A stretch of 64,000 nt of DNA from Lingula anatina (Eukaryota > Animalia > Brachiopoda): NCBI GenBank assembly GCA_051362555.1, contig CM120649.1, positions 5,766,001 through 5,830,000 of the forward strand, given 5' to 3'. The notes below the pieces were generated by a model, which did no database searches, had not been told where the DNA came from, and saw nothing but the letters and a program-made list of their open reading frames with translations. Below are positions 47,678 through 60,600 of this stretch, piece by piece. Numbering within the stretch: the stretch's first letter is position 1; every line of letters starts with the position of its first letter. The position numbers and the translations under genes were made by a program.

Positions 47678-48972
47678 GATGAAACATCATGGCATAGTTT
47701 TGCCCTGGTTTGTTGTATAATATATTCTCATCTTTTGACCCCATGGCAGTCATAGCAATAATAACACACTGACTGCTATTCAACACATGCAAAGGTACAA
47801 AGTTAAGGTGTTGACCATGCAGCAAGTTCACCCTGTAGTTATTATAACATAATGAATGCATCTAAAACTAAAAAGCCTTATTATATTTTAAAATGAATTT
47901 TTTTGACAAAGATAGAAAATCTTAGTATATATCATAGAATATATCATAAAAAAATTAGTTCATAAGGCTCAACACCTTGTAAATAAGGTTTCCAAAAGCA
48001 ACATACATACCTTGAATATATAGCAAATATCTAATGTAGAGTTAAAAAATAATTTCTAGACACTATGAAAGGCATTCTATTTAACACATTGATTTTATCT
48101 ATCACCTGAATCAATGACACCATGTTAAAAGGCATAAAAAAATTACAAGATATAGTTTGGTTAAGGAATCATTTTGAAAAAAATTCTACATTTGCTTTTG
48201 AGCAGAAATCTCACATTATGGCTGTGCTTAACAAATTGCACCTCACGTAATAAATGGACAAAATTACATTATTATGTCCAAGCCTAAAACAACTTTTGTC
48301 AATTATGACAAAAGAACATCTTATATTTCTTTTGTTTTTATAACAGTTTACTTCAACAAATGTATTATACTTCATCTGCATTTGTTTGTTTGTACCAGAG
48401 ACGGTCACAGTTGAACTAATGAAACTTTTACCCTTTCGAATGTTATAACAATTTTTTTCCATTGTAACATATGACATCATCTTTTCATTTTGTGCTATTC
48501 ACTATAGCATTCATGCATTTTTACTTCTTGGATGAGTTCAGAAATTCTATGGCATCATCAAAATATTTTGATGCTATAAACCAAATAATTTAATTCGTAA
48601 CACTTTATAATTCTCTTTACCTGTTTCTTAAACATTTTACATCGACTTCTTATAATAATAATAATAATATTAATAATAATAATAATATTTTTTAAAGTCT
48701 ACAAGTTCATCAGATGTTACAAAATATGAATATCAAACTTGGTTGCATAACCTCTTTGTTTAATCCATACTTGCCCTGATATTTAAAGCTGTACCTTCCT
48801 ATATAATATGTATATTGTCAAACCAAACCGTGTTTATTAACATACACATATACGTATATTCACAGGCTAGTGTTAAATTTTTTCATCCACTACTGTGATT
48901 TTGACCTCATCCCCAACATTTTGCTGCTGATCTATGACTCCACTTTAAATCGTCTCCATTCGTGATGACCAG

Positions 48973-51900
48973 TTACACCTTTGGGTCGTCCATTGCTCCT
49001 TTGCGCTGTAGTTTCCTCATCCTTCGCCTTTTCTCAGCCATTGGTTTTGTCTTGCCATTGTCAGTTTCTGAGCTGCTGTCTTCTATATCCACCTAAATAT
49101 ATAAAAAAATATTTCATCACTCTCACAACTTTTTTTTAAACATTTATATATTTCAAACAAATAGCCATTATAGTTATAGTATTTAAATGGTTAAAAAGCA
49201 GACATCTTTTTGTCAATTCTTTTGATGTTTACATCATAGTTTTGTTTAATAATACAAACTCTTTTCATTTATTATTCTTCCTTATCACTACTGCACATTA
49301 TAAAATAAAATAAATTTGATCACCCTTATATTTAAAAAATTAAACATAATATTACCTCACTATGCAAAAGTAAACAACTGATATGAACATGATTTTAAAA
49401 TGTCTTGTACAGTGATGTGCCTCTGGGCAATTTGATTTTCCACAAACTTTTAATTTTCTATCAATTTTCAATCATTAGCCAGATAGACATTTAGTTTTCT
49501 GCTTTGAAAATAGAAGTTGTATGTATAGTTGTAACACAGAATGAACATTTTATATATTTTATTTATATTTCAGAAACTAAATTGCTCATACAGAGTGCAT
49601 TTTCAGTGCTTGCCCAGGCCCTATTTTCTGTAGCAATGCCCCTGGTGTTTGCCTGACTTTTACCTTGGTTTCTTGGCCTCTTTTGATGAGGGCAGTGTCA
49701 GTGGCACTCTTTGTCAACATAGGGTCAGTTTCACTGGCATCTTTTTTTGGCAGCTCCACCATCTCTGTTTCTTCAGGAAAAGTGTCCTCTGCTTCCTCAC
49801 TCTCCCCTCGTCCCAGATCAAACATTGCTGAATCTTTGGGTGTGTCTCCTAAGCTATACGCTTTTTGTACTCTCCGCGTCTTGGCTCTCTCCGCACGCAC
49901 GTCGGCCTCACGTTCTGCCTCTGAAAATGGGACCTTGGTTTCACCATTTCCCTTAGGTTTTTCTCCCTTTGTGTCCTCTGTCTCAGACTCTTCTGACTCC
50001 TCAATTGCCTCCATGTGGTGCGACCTCTCTGGAGGTAAAGTGACACGTTTTCTCTCATCATGGACTCCGTCCACAATCTCCTTTTCAGGACTGGGCTCAC
50101 TATGCTGCCTACGTAGTTTTGCTGTGAAAGCTGCTTGTCTGGCTGCTCCTGGAATATTGTAAGTATACAGTGTAAACACTGAGAGAGAGAGAAAGAGAGA
50201 TGGAGAGAGAGAGAGTGCGCTTATCATGAATGTGAATCTTTTACAACCTGGCACAAGCAATCTTAGCAAATTTAACAAAGCCCCAGTACATTCATTAATC
50301 ATCCACCACAATCACATCTCAGGCAATCTATCACAATCACATTCTGGCAAAACTACCACATCTGCCACAATCACATTCTGCCACATCTACAGCAATCACA
50401 TTCCAGGACATCTGCCACAATCACATTCTGCCACATCTACAGCAATCACATTCCAGGACATCTGCCACAATCACATTCTGGCACATCTACTGCAATCACA
50501 TTCTGGCACATCTACCACAATCTCCATACCATAACACTTACCCTTTACAGATCTTGGTAGAAGTGGTGATCCACTGGGAGAGAAAGAGACACTCATGGCT
50601 CTCCTGTAGCGGTTTTGTCTCAACTGCTTCTCATGTAGCTGGTGGACCAAGTCTTGGGAGTCCTCTCTGACTAGATTCTTATTGGCTTTGGCATGGAGCT
50701 ACAATAGTAAAGACTAGCTGTGAAAAAATGTACTACAATATCTTTCCTTTTCTTTTTTAATGTCAGGAATTTTCTAAACAGGTGCACAGTATGAGGATAT
50801 TTAAACAAAAATTATTAATGAGGATAACACATGCAACTTATGGTAAAATTCGACCTGCATGGACAAAATTTGGGACATGATTAAAAAAAAACACAAATAA
50901 AACTGAATGAATCAGCTATAATAATGTTATATAATACCTATATTTCTAAATCTAACTGAATACCTCATAGAGAGGATGCAGCATTCATGACAGTCTTGGT
51001 TATAAACTTTTGAAAAAAAAATTATAATAGATTTCTTGATATGTTTCAGTTATAAACTGTGTATAAATGCACCACAATATCTTACCGCTCTTGATGGAGC
51101 TTTTACTAACATCTTCCGCAAGTCTGATGGTTTGGGATTCGGAATAAACTTTGCAGAAGCAGAAGTAGACAATCTTCGTCTAGGACTACCTATTAATGAA
51201 GAAATATCACAAAGGAAAGTTATTTGTATGTTATTATGAGGAGAGTATTTTTAATTTATTAATTCATTTGTATCTAATGATCGATGATGATCATTAAAAG
51301 TAAACAAGATACCTCGTTGACATTTTATGTAAGGAAAAAATCGTAAATTACCTGGAAACACAGTGTCTGGGGCATTACGCAGGAGATCTGGATGTTCCAA
51401 CATGGCAGCATTTTCCAATATATCCTCGTAGTCATCAGAGGCATTGGAGGCAATTGTAGCACTGAAATGGTGGAGGATTGTGTTAGGTGTGATGGATTGT
51501 CTCACCCAACACATTGTCAACAAGGGTTGGTTGCAGTGCTGGTTCAACTCATCTGACATACTGACCATAGTAATCCGGAACAGCACATATTTATAATAAA
51601 TTTCAGGATAACAAATAGAAAATAATCTCACTGTTTTGCTATCTGTGAAACAAGCTTTTGTACATTATCCAAGTTTAGTTTTAAACATGTTCATCTTGGT
51701 TGACATAGGTGTGAAGATAGTCTTATGACTAAATTTTGATCAAAATTTGGAAAATTATGTTTGCTAATGAAATACAATAATGGGTCAACATCAATCCTTT
51801 GTTAAATGCTGTATTTTGATGATGGTATGACAATGTGAATAAACAAAAGAATAAAATTTAATCAGTAGTGCACAAATTTCTTTAACAGTAAGGTCACGTC

Positions 51901-52259
51901 AACAAAACATTCAATTTCATTTTGTCATTACACTGGCAAGTACCAAGAAATGAATTAAAAGAAACATGCGCACATTACTGATGCCTACTTTGTATAAAAT
52001 ATCACAATAAACCTTATAAATAAAGCACGACTTTACAGATAACAATATTATTATATCATAATAATTTACAGATAATTTTCTTTATTATAATTTGGCACTT
52101 AGATATGTTAAATTGGAGGAAAATAATGACTTTAAGTAGAGGGAAAAAATACAGTGGGTTATGGTTGGCACTGTGCAAACACGAGATGAACTTTACCACA
52201 AAGTTATTTTTTAAAAATGAACCATTTTGCAACAATTTCAATAATGGTTTTAAAGTTGG

Positions 52260-52290
<31 letters not shown>

Positions 52291-54731
52291 ATGGGCCAGA
52301 TGCACAAATATCACCTGCCTATTCAGTATGTGCTTGTACAATCAGAACATTCTCAACAAACACAATGGGTCATGCACAGCTAACGCAATGGTGACCTGAT
52401 TACACAATCTGGAGAAGATGCAGATTTCTCACCTACCACACTGAGATAACCTGACCATGCACAGCCTACACCATGATTGCATTAAGAATCAGACAGAGCT
52501 TATTTTCAGTTTTATTTTCTTACTAAAATTCAAGATACATGCACTTCACATCATGCATCATTTATTGACGTTAACTTTTAAGTTGGATAATATTGCTTGT
52601 TTATGTAATGATTGAACATTTTCAATGAGAAAACCACCTGTTAAAGATTAAAAACATTAAAATTAAATGGTTTGGTATAGGTCGAGTTATTGGACAGAGC
52701 TTCAGAGGCATCAGGTGAGTAAATCTGATAAATTAGTAGTATATGTATAGGTTCACATTAAAATCAAACTGGCTGAAATGACTTGTTATCAGCTTTTGAT
52801 CAAATCCCTTAAAAAAAAACCAATATCATTTAGATAGGTTTTCCCTAAAGTCTTAGACTACATTAGTTTGAGTTACTGTCCAAAGGGGTGGTCATAGGAA
52901 AGGGAGGTGGGCAGTTAAAGGATGAATGTAACAGAACTCACCAAACTGCCGCAGATGATCTGCAATCACCAAATATTTAATCACAGTTTTCAAAAGTAAA
53001 CAATTTAGTAAAAAAAAAAAAAAAAAAGATCTGTTTTTATGGGCTAGTAAGTTTGGGGAAATGGACTCCCATCTTTAATGTTTAATTCAAATGTTTATAA
53101 ATTTGTAAAGCCTTCACATATTAGGTGGTCTGTGGTTTGTCTATAGATGGAGCCATCTGTCATGGTGAGGAGCCAACGCGAACCTAGTCTTTACGCCTAA
53201 TAAATTTATACTATTGTAATAACAAGAAACGACACACACAGAAGAGATTCCAAGAACCTAAACACTTCTATAAAATGGTACCAAATAAAACCTAATGTAA
53301 TACTAATACAAAGAAAAACTTACAGTATCATGATCAAGGTATTTCATTGCATTTCCACATAAACAAATTATTACCCCAATACTACCCTCCAAGATGCATG
53401 TACAACAATTTGGGATAAACTGATGATAATGATAATTCACCCCAAGGCACAATATGACAACTTTCTACAAAGAACCAAATGAGAAAAGACTCACAATGAA
53501 GTAAAGATTTTTGTTCATAGAGGGACAAATAACATTCACATTAAAAATCAGAGCAGTGAGAGGACAGACAAAAAGAAAAAAAGTTTAACCATAACATTTG
53601 GTTAAATAGTTGAAAGTGCTACCAACATTTTTAATTTGTGCACGGGAATAAAATACTAATAAGGAAAAACCATCCAACTGTGCAGTGTATGTAAAAACAC
53701 ATTTCTAAATATATTCCAGGCATGTCACTTGAGATGGGGGGGGGGGGGGGGGGGGGGGGGTAATTCAAATTCAATATAGCAAAATTGATACAGAATTTAT
53801 ACAAACTTAAACCCTTTAAAATAATAATAATAACAATAATTCTCTGACAGACAAATGTATACAGTGGCCAAAAAACATGCCTGAAATCACAACCTAAAAT
53901 GCTTCTAACAACTCTAACTAATGTGCATAGGTTGGGAGAAAATTTTTAATCCTCGAAGGACCATTCTCCGTGCTGCATTTTAATACACAGAGATACATGG
54001 TTTGGGGAACCAATTGGCAGCACCCATGCAAACTGTGGTGCCTGTACATCCCCGAATACACTGTACCTTCTAACTGCCAAGAAGGGGAGGGAGGGACGAG
54101 GTACAGTTGGCACGTGAAGTTCGTGATTGAAATCTAGGGATCCCCCAGACCCACTGCAAGCGAGAAATGATTGAATAATATATGAACGAATGAATAAACA
54201 AATTAGTTAATACTTGAACTAAATGAACTGATAAAGGCATAAATGAGTATGTACTTAAATTGTGTAACCACAACGAAAAAAATTCAAAGAAATTAATGCA
54301 ATCTTAATAACCTAAACAAAGAAAAACTTTTTTTAAAAATTGCTTAATATTTTATTTCACAGTGGGAGAATATGAGAAGTCAACCTTTCATAAAGACACA
54401 AACTCCTGACACTAACCCGACTTAACTTAAAGACTTACTAAGAATCTCCCTTTCTCTCTGTCATTTCAATAACAATCATCATTTCTTAAATTATAATGTT
54501 AGAATTCAAATTAATGGCTAATTACAATCTTATGACAATCAAGGACCTAATAAAATCCTCATGATCTAGTTTAAATAAAATCAGGTGAATGGCAGTCTCA
54601 CACCAAAGAAACTATACAAAGCAGATACAACACAGATGGTAACTAGTATTACAGTATTTCTAGTTGTGAAGAGAAAAATCCATTAATTTACTTCTTACCT
54701 TCTAATCCTTTGAGCAAGCTTCTCTCTATCA
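48973..54731 (-). CDS. 3' exons of a gene with a long charged cytoplasmic tail; tentatively SLC9/NHE Na+/H+ exchanger-like; 5' part not seen in the window
   Basis: Phase-consistent exons 54731-54699, 51461-51352, 51189-51086, 50698-50542, 50148-49664, 49092-48973, ending ...KGAMDDPKV*. The segment DLRKMLVKAPSRALHAKANKNLVREDSQDLVHQL resembles my recollection of invertebrate NHE tails. The gene structure is well supported; the family call is weak. Confidence 0.6.
50303..50525. repeat. 25-bp minisatellite with a 50-bp dimer pattern
   Basis: Repeated cacaatcacattctg(g/c)cacatct(a/g)c and cagcaatcacattccaggacatctgc. Confidence 0.85.
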
Positions 54732-55304
54732 CTGAAAATAAAAAAAAAAATTGAAAATAAATTAATGTCAGTGCATCATCATAATTCAACATTTATACAT
54801 ATTAATACCAATATTATCAAGCAATTAAATAAGACATTTGCCATTTATGAAATCAAACACAAACAAACACATCAAGTTATAAAACTGAAAAAAAAAAAAA
54901 AAAATCAACATGATGTTATGGGACATTAAGCAAACATGCACATGGATACAAGGTAACAAATTCAATTGGGATTTCCTTCATGAAATAACTCACAACATGC
55001 AAAATAGTGGCCTCACCAGAATGCCTTATGGAAAAAAAAAAACATTAACCATCTATTTAAAATTTTTTTTGGAATATACTTTGTCCATCCTAATGATCTT
55101 CTCAAACACATGTAGAAAATTTTGGGAAAAAAGTTAATATGTACGTGACAAAATATAAAAACAGTTACATGTATAACTTATTCATAAAATGTTAAAGGAT
55201 ATAATGTAAAGGGTAAAATTGCCATGAATGGACAGTTTTAAATTGGGAGTTGCGGGAGGGGTGGGGTGGGGTCGTATAAAGTTTACATGAAAGGTAATAT
55301 TTAA

Positions 55305-55520
55305 GACTGCATTCCCAGAGATTTAGATCGATCTATCTGGATCGACCTAACTCCCTGGGGGTTCACGCTAAATTGCTGTCAGCCAAACGTGCACCATAGT
55401 AAATTACCCCCTTTCAGCTTTTAGTAGGCGGGACAGACATTTAAGCCTGTTAAGCTGACACCAATCTAGTGAGACTCCCCAGGGGGATAGGTCGATCTAA
55501 ATATCTATGGGAATGGGGTC
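55305..55520. mobile_element. PIF/Harbinger-like MITE, inverted copy of 18651-18875
   Basis: GACTGCATTCCCAG ... TGGGAATGGGGTC; the interior matches the reverse complement of the 18651 copy. Confidence 0.8.
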
Positions 55521-57622
55521 TTGGGTACAAGCACTTCCAGCACAGCAATATCTCAATATTATCAAGAGAAACTGAGAAAGCTGTCAAGGATAACAGACAA
55601 AAAGATAATTTAATGAATTTATCATACTTGATAAGTAACTGGATTGAATGGACCACATACAGGATTCAGGTAAAAAAAAAAAATTAACAATTTTTTGTGA
55701 CACATTCAGTCATTTTATTATACCTACCAACCATCACTCTATGATTTCCAAACTCAAAAATACTCATAAGTCTATTTTTTCTTTGCTTCCTTAATGTATT
55801 CCTCATATTTTCACTCTGTATATCAACACAAAATTTATGTGGTTTTATTTTTTTTCTATCTCATTGGACTATAAAGGTTAAGACTGGATAAAATACTAGT
55901 TTTAGATATAACCACCAATTTCCTATCACAAATGAAAAAAAAAATTAAGTAAAATATGGGAAAAAAATAGTTTTTTATTCATATTCATTTGTGTCTAAAC
56001 CACAGCCCCATTTTATACAAGTTGCCTAATCTGCAACCTTTTTATGATGCTCTTTTTAACCACTGAAAGCAATGGCCATATATTACTTCCTGCCAACCAG
56101 TCCGACCTCACCGCCCATTTCTAAATCATTGGCATACAAAATATGCACTCCTTTATCATAAGCTAAAGCAGTATTAAAAAGGCCTATTTCTCTGAGACTT
56201 GGGCAACTTTCTTCATACCAAAAATGCAGTCTCACAATTAAAAATAGGTCATATCACACCCTCCCCTCTTCACTCTCACCATGATCAGTGAAATCATAAT
56301 CGTAACTATTCAGTTTAAGGTCAAGGTGACCTTACCACAACAGTGTTTAAACTGCAGGCCCTTCCATTGCATAAATCTTGAATGAACTTGAATGAAAAAA
56401 ATACAATAAGTAAGTATTCTGGACTGGTATCCTAGATGAAGCCCGATGGCCTTAATCTGCAGGGACCTGTAATCGCACACACACACACACACAAACACAC
56501 TGTGCACACATACAGAATGGCCGATTACAACTGAGCTACCTTCACCACGTGACTACACAATAATTTCAATAGTTTTTATAATCTGATCCCATAAAAAAGT
56601 TGATGACCTTCAACCTGCAACCCAGTGGCAATTTCTACTATTACAATATTGATCTGCACCCAAAGCCTCTTGTCAATCCACAAGCACCACCCAAATAAAT
56701 CTGAAAACTGATCAAAAAGGTCTATTTACTATGGTATCTGGACCTCAAACACAAGGGTATTCTGGAATAAACCTCCACCTGGGCATGCAATGACAATAAT
56801 TAATAAGAAAGATATCATTAAGGTATGGATTGATATTGAGGCATTTGTTACAATGTAGCCATAACAGGGACACTGCTCTTTCAACATGCATATAACAATA
56901 TAATGTACCACATTTTCAGGGATCACTGCAGCTCTTGCATTATTTCTTTAGTAAAATATTAACACTGATTTCCTCAAATCAGTGATGAAATTTTTCTGAC
57001 ACTTTTTTTCCCATCAGCTTGGGCATAAATTGTTCTGACAAATGTGACAAAACAATTTGATTTTCATTTCTTGGTATTAATTAAAATAATTATTTTAACA
57101 CCAAAACATCACAAATGAAACCAATGTGTGGAGGTTTTCACATTTGGTTAAAGTCTGGGAAAATTAACCTTTTCTCCAAGTCTGTTGTTCTGTGCAATAT
57201 GGCCGTTGTAACGTGCATGTATTCATGCAAAAGATCTTTCAAAGCTTCTGGAGACCTGAAAGGAAAATTCTTATATTTCAATTGGTCATTCCGTCATATG
57301 ACTGAATGTGTTAGCTGTGACAACATTTATGTCTGATTGTGACTTGTTGTGCCATCAAAACTGACTGTACAATCTAACACATGGACTCAATCTACCCAAT
57401 GCCCTATTTGAAAAACAGGTGGAACAGAAATAACGTAGACAACAATACATATAAAATGTAATCAACACAATAACTACTACACATAAATTTTGTACCATAA
57501 TACCTTACATTACAATACAATTCACCAGTTAACAGTGAAACTTATCAAAATTATTGTATGAACTCAAATTTATATTTAAAATCAAAAGCCTCCATGCTTG
57601 CGGACTCAGGGCTAATTTTTAA

Positions 57623-60600
57623 ACAAGGCAGCAAAGCTGTCAAATGTACAGACAAAAAAAAAACAGAAAATAAAGATGCAAATAAGTGAAAAATTAAATT
57701 TTCACAAAAAACTGTTAAATTGCCAGAAAAATTTACCAAACAGACTGCGTTGCCTATTGAAGCTGTATGTTAGACCTATGTTTCTTTCCTGTAAGTCTGA
57801 GAACAGTAAGTGACATGATTTCCCTTAAATGGTCATCATAGGAGCAGTGCACAAAATAGGGGTTTCTTCAAATTTTGATGCAACATTACATAATGTTTAA
57901 CAGCATAATGACAATCAAATGTTATTAAAAAAATATAAGTAACATGGACATTCAGAAAATATGACAAGCAAAAGTCTTCAGGATCATGGAACTTTAAAGT
58001 CACACCTTGAAAATGCCAATATGTGAAAAATTAAATTTTCACAAAAAACTGTTTAACTGCCAAAAAAAAAAAAATAAATAAATAAATAAAAATACCAAAC
58101 AGACTGCATTGCCTACTGAAGCTGTATTTTAGTCCCATGTTTCTTTCCTGTAAGTTTGAGAACAGTAAGTGACTTGATTTTCCTTAAATGGTCATCATGG
58201 AAGCAGTGTCCAAAATAGGGGTTTCTTCAAATTTTGATGCAATATTACATAATGTTTAACAGCTTAATGACCATCAATTTTTAATTATAAAATATTTGTT
58301 TCACAGATATTCAGAAAATGCGACGAGCAAAGGTCTTCAGGCCCATGGAACTTCAAAGTCACACCTTGAAAATGCCAAAATGTAAACAAGACAGCACTGT
58401 TCTGAAATGGGTTTATTTCCATTTTTAACACTTTTTTAACATAAAACAAAATAAACATTTTACTGCCATTTTTATATGACCAACTAAGAAAATTGATGAG
58501 ATGGGAAAAGTATCAATAGAACAGTGTTAAATGTCCAATTTCCTCCATTCTGAGATTCTGAACATAGTGGATGATTGAATCTGACAAACTGCAATGATAT
58601 GAGTTTATTTCCATTTTTGACACTTTATTACACAATACATGATAACAAGTTTACCATGTTTTTTACATAATCAACTAACAATGTTGTAAAGATGCAGGAA
58701 ATATCAAACAAACACTTTTAGGCATCTTATTAGTTAAATAATGAGACTGTTAACATGCCTAATAATTGAATCTGAGGAAATGTGAAAAAACAGTATAACT
58801 TCTAAAATAATGGCCCAATTATGCTGATTTTCGAACTCTACCTGCATTTTAGTAAGATTGACCACTCCTGTGAGTATAATTACAATTGGCCAATCCGTTT
58901 TTCTTATATTGTGTTATCAGTGTTGCATTTATATTGAAAATAGTGAAAAAACAGCATAAATTCCCTAAAAATGGCCCAATCATGCTGATTTTCGAACTTG
59001 ACCTGCGTATTATGAATATTCATCAGTTCTGTAAGTTTCAAGTCAAAAGGTAAAATGGTTTTCCACTTATCGTGTTATCGGTGCTGCATATATGCTGAAA
59101 AAAGTGAAACAAGGCAGCAAAGCTGTCAAATGTACAGACAAAAAACAGAAAAAAAAGATGCAAAAGAGGTCATTTTGTCAATTTTGATGCAACAATAAAT
59201 AATGCTTATAATAGCAGTCAGTCAACACTGATTTTTCATTATGCACAACAGGTAACATGGTCAATAACAGGAGCAGATCCAGAAATATTTTTGACAGTAT
59301 TCTAAAGTATCTTTATTGATCCATCTTCCATTTTGATGGTCTTCCAAAAGAAAAAAATAGATACCCATCAATATAAAAAATCTAACTGTCTTCCAGGAGA
59401 CCCAGAAGATGGTCTCAATCCACCCCTTCAATAAGATTATAGTTTCATGACCATGAGAGTTAAAATTCACATGATGAAAGTCCCAATATAAGAAAAATGA
59501 TGACAGTGCATAAAATAATATTACCAGTGTTTAAAGACATGAATACCAATACAACTGCTTACGTGGAAATACAGAAATTGTGCAGAGCCTCAGGTGGATG
59601 GGAAAGTCACATCTTAAAAATGCCAGTGTTGGAGAAGAAATTAAAAAGAAAACAACAAAAATATAATCTAATGAAGCTGCTATTCAGTGCTTCCTTATTA
59701 TGGACACTGTTATCTAGCAGAGAGCTTAACCTTTGGGAGTTTACAGGGAAATATCAACAAGTGTGATTTATGAAATCTCATTTAATGGCCACTTAATCAG
59801 GCAAATGAGTTTATAGCACTAAACTTAGCCTAGTGAATACCCAAGGGGAATTTACAGACTGACCACACAAATTTGTCCCATAAGACACAGCTTAAGAAAA
59901 GCACAAAACAATAATGCACAAAAATAGGAGACTGCCAATTCTGATGCAATAGTACATTATGTTTAACTGCACAGTCAATATCAAATTTTAATTATGCAGA
60001 ACAGGTAACAACGACGAAAGTAAAAGCATAAGGCTTCAGGTCCATCAAAGTTCAAATTTACAATTAGAAAGAGCCAGAATGAGAAAAATGAAAATTTAAC
60101 ACAAAATTGCATAAATTCAATAATAAATGATAACCCAATTGAGCTGGCTTTCTAATTTGAACTGCATGCCAATCCTAAAAATCATACTTGTAAGTTAAAC
60201 ACAATAATAGGTAACACAGTTTTCTTTCCATAATGTTTGCAGAAGCAGTACAAAAATATTTTTGTCAATTTTGATGTAACATTACATAATAATTTATAGA
60301 ATAATGATCACCAATTTTTTATTATTGACTATGAATAGCAAGGACATGTAGAAAATTTGATTACCATTCAGCTTCATGTCCATGGGAGTTCTGAGTCCCA
60401 CAATGAATATGCCAAAAAGATAATAATGAATATTTCACTAAAATGTATAAATTCCAGAAAAAGAAGCCAATTAGACTGCTTTTCCAACTTTTTTTGAAAG
60501 ATTGAGTCGTAAGTAACATGATTTTCCCATAATGGTCATCATGGCAGCAACACCAAAAATTATGTTTTCTTCTATTTTGATGCAACATTACATAATGTTT

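Noticed and set aside
53160-53200. Minus-strand GGTTCG...CACCA resembling a tRNA 3' half
   Set aside because: No T-stem or acceptor-stem pairing, and no D or anticodon arms.
56335-56390. Possible further upstream exon of the NHE-like gene
   Set aside because: The frame needed to join the 54731 exon contains a stop codon.
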